The notes below the pieces were generated by a model. It ran no database searches. It worked only from the letters and a program-made list of their open reading frames with translations, and was not told the origin of the DNA. From Hyphochytrium catenoides (Eukaryota > Protista > Hyphochytriomycota): DNA of 64,000 bases. Within the stretch, counting starts at the first letter, position 1. The number at the start of each line of letters is the position of its first letter. The translations under genes and the position numbers were made by a program. The DNA is taken from assembly GCA_900088475.1 (NCBI GenBank), contig FLMG01001166.1, forward strand, positions 64,363 through 128,362, in the 5' to 3' direction. Positions 63,015 to 64,000 of this stretch are shown here, in pieces.

Positions 63015-64000
63015 ACCGAAACTTTCGTGGGCGTTGGCGCTTTCCTACTACAAAGATACCACTAGGATGGAAATAAAGTTGAGCAAGAATAGAGATAGAG
63101 AGAAAAGCAAAAAAATGTCTCCGATGACACAGACGACCGGATCCGAGAGAGAAACAAAAAGCGCGAGTCGGTTGGGAAGATATGCAATGGAACTGGGGAA
63201 CCGAGGTAATAGCAAGCGACTGATGAAGGACAGTAGAACAGGAGAGCTTAACAGCGCATCAACACTGCTGCAGAGCCGACGCTTCCAAGTCCTCTAGGCC
63301 TCTCCCATGGATCATTAGCGCGCAGGAGCGGCAGCTATGGGGCGCCAGAGATCCAGTGGAGAAGCTTCAATAAGATCCATCACCGCCAGATCCTTTCCAT
63401 TTCTTGTTCTGTCAAAACTCCATCTGAATCTTCAGAACCCACTGTTCGTAGTACTCGTTATCAGGACAACCACGAAACATCACTTGTACAGTAACCTATC
63501 TCTGATAATAATGGGATGGATCACATATAAAACCGTAAAATGGACGTCTATCGCGAGTTGGAGCTTCTCTTGGTGGCCAACACCAAAGATTCTTACGAGC
63601 TGATCTTGGCCAGGAAAGTGTACTTTCCTTGGGCAATCTGCCAATCTGGTCGCTCTCGAGTTTTCTATCTATGGCGCTGAAACTCTGCAGATGAGGGTAT
63701 TTTTCGATTTTTCGCATCCTGAATCCAGTGAAACAGTTCCCTTTTTAGATTTCAGCCCTATTATTACTGAGAAAATGGCCACTTTTCACACACCTCGATC
63801 CGTGAATTTCACGTTTCGAGGCTAAAAAAGGCGAAATTGAACAAGAAAAACATTGTCTTCCGTTCAGCACAACAAGACAAGCAAACTGACGAAGTTTCAT
63901 AGTCATATCTTCATTTCCCAGCCGCGACGAAGCCCTTAAAGACCTCATTCTGGAGCGCATCGCTTAAACAGGGAAAGCCCTATGTTCAGTGTGAAAGCTC

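Noticed and set aside
1-64000. Prokaryotic features (operons, CRISPR), rRNA/tRNA genes or an alternative genetic code
   Set aside because: Spliceosomal gene structure throughout; no repeat-spacer arrays or RNA genes recognised; spliced genes translate cleanly with the standard code and use TAA, TAG and TGA as stops.

Overview
Gene-dense, intron-rich eukaryotic nuclear DNA with GT-AG introns mostly about 45-400 nt long. It probably comes from a flagellated SAR protist, most likely a stramenopile; this is inferred from CEP290, an oomycete-type CAMK and a PTS2 malate synthase. About 14 protein genes in order: a partial Cys-rich multi-pass membrane protein, CEP290, an RMD1/RMND1 (DUF155) protein, a fungal-type YrhK-like membrane protein, an unusual anoctamin/TMEM16, a TRIC-like channel, HtrA2/Deg protease, glucosidase II beta, sideroflexin (5' end in an N-gap), a CAMK-like kinase, an HGSNAT-like acetyltransferase, ABCC10/MRP7, malate synthase and a Sola3-like transposase-derived ORF. 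The standout is the anoctamin at 23601-29433 (-). It fuses an N-terminal cyclic-nucleotide-binding-homology domain, a TMEM16 core that has lost three of its five acidic Ca2+ ligands, a Cys-rich luminal loop, a Tudor/SH3-like segment and a C-terminal C2 domain, and it lies head-to-head with the TRIC-like channel. It is a candidate Ca2+-independent, differently gated TMEM16 channel or scramblase. All calls come from manual splicing and motif recall; no searches were run.
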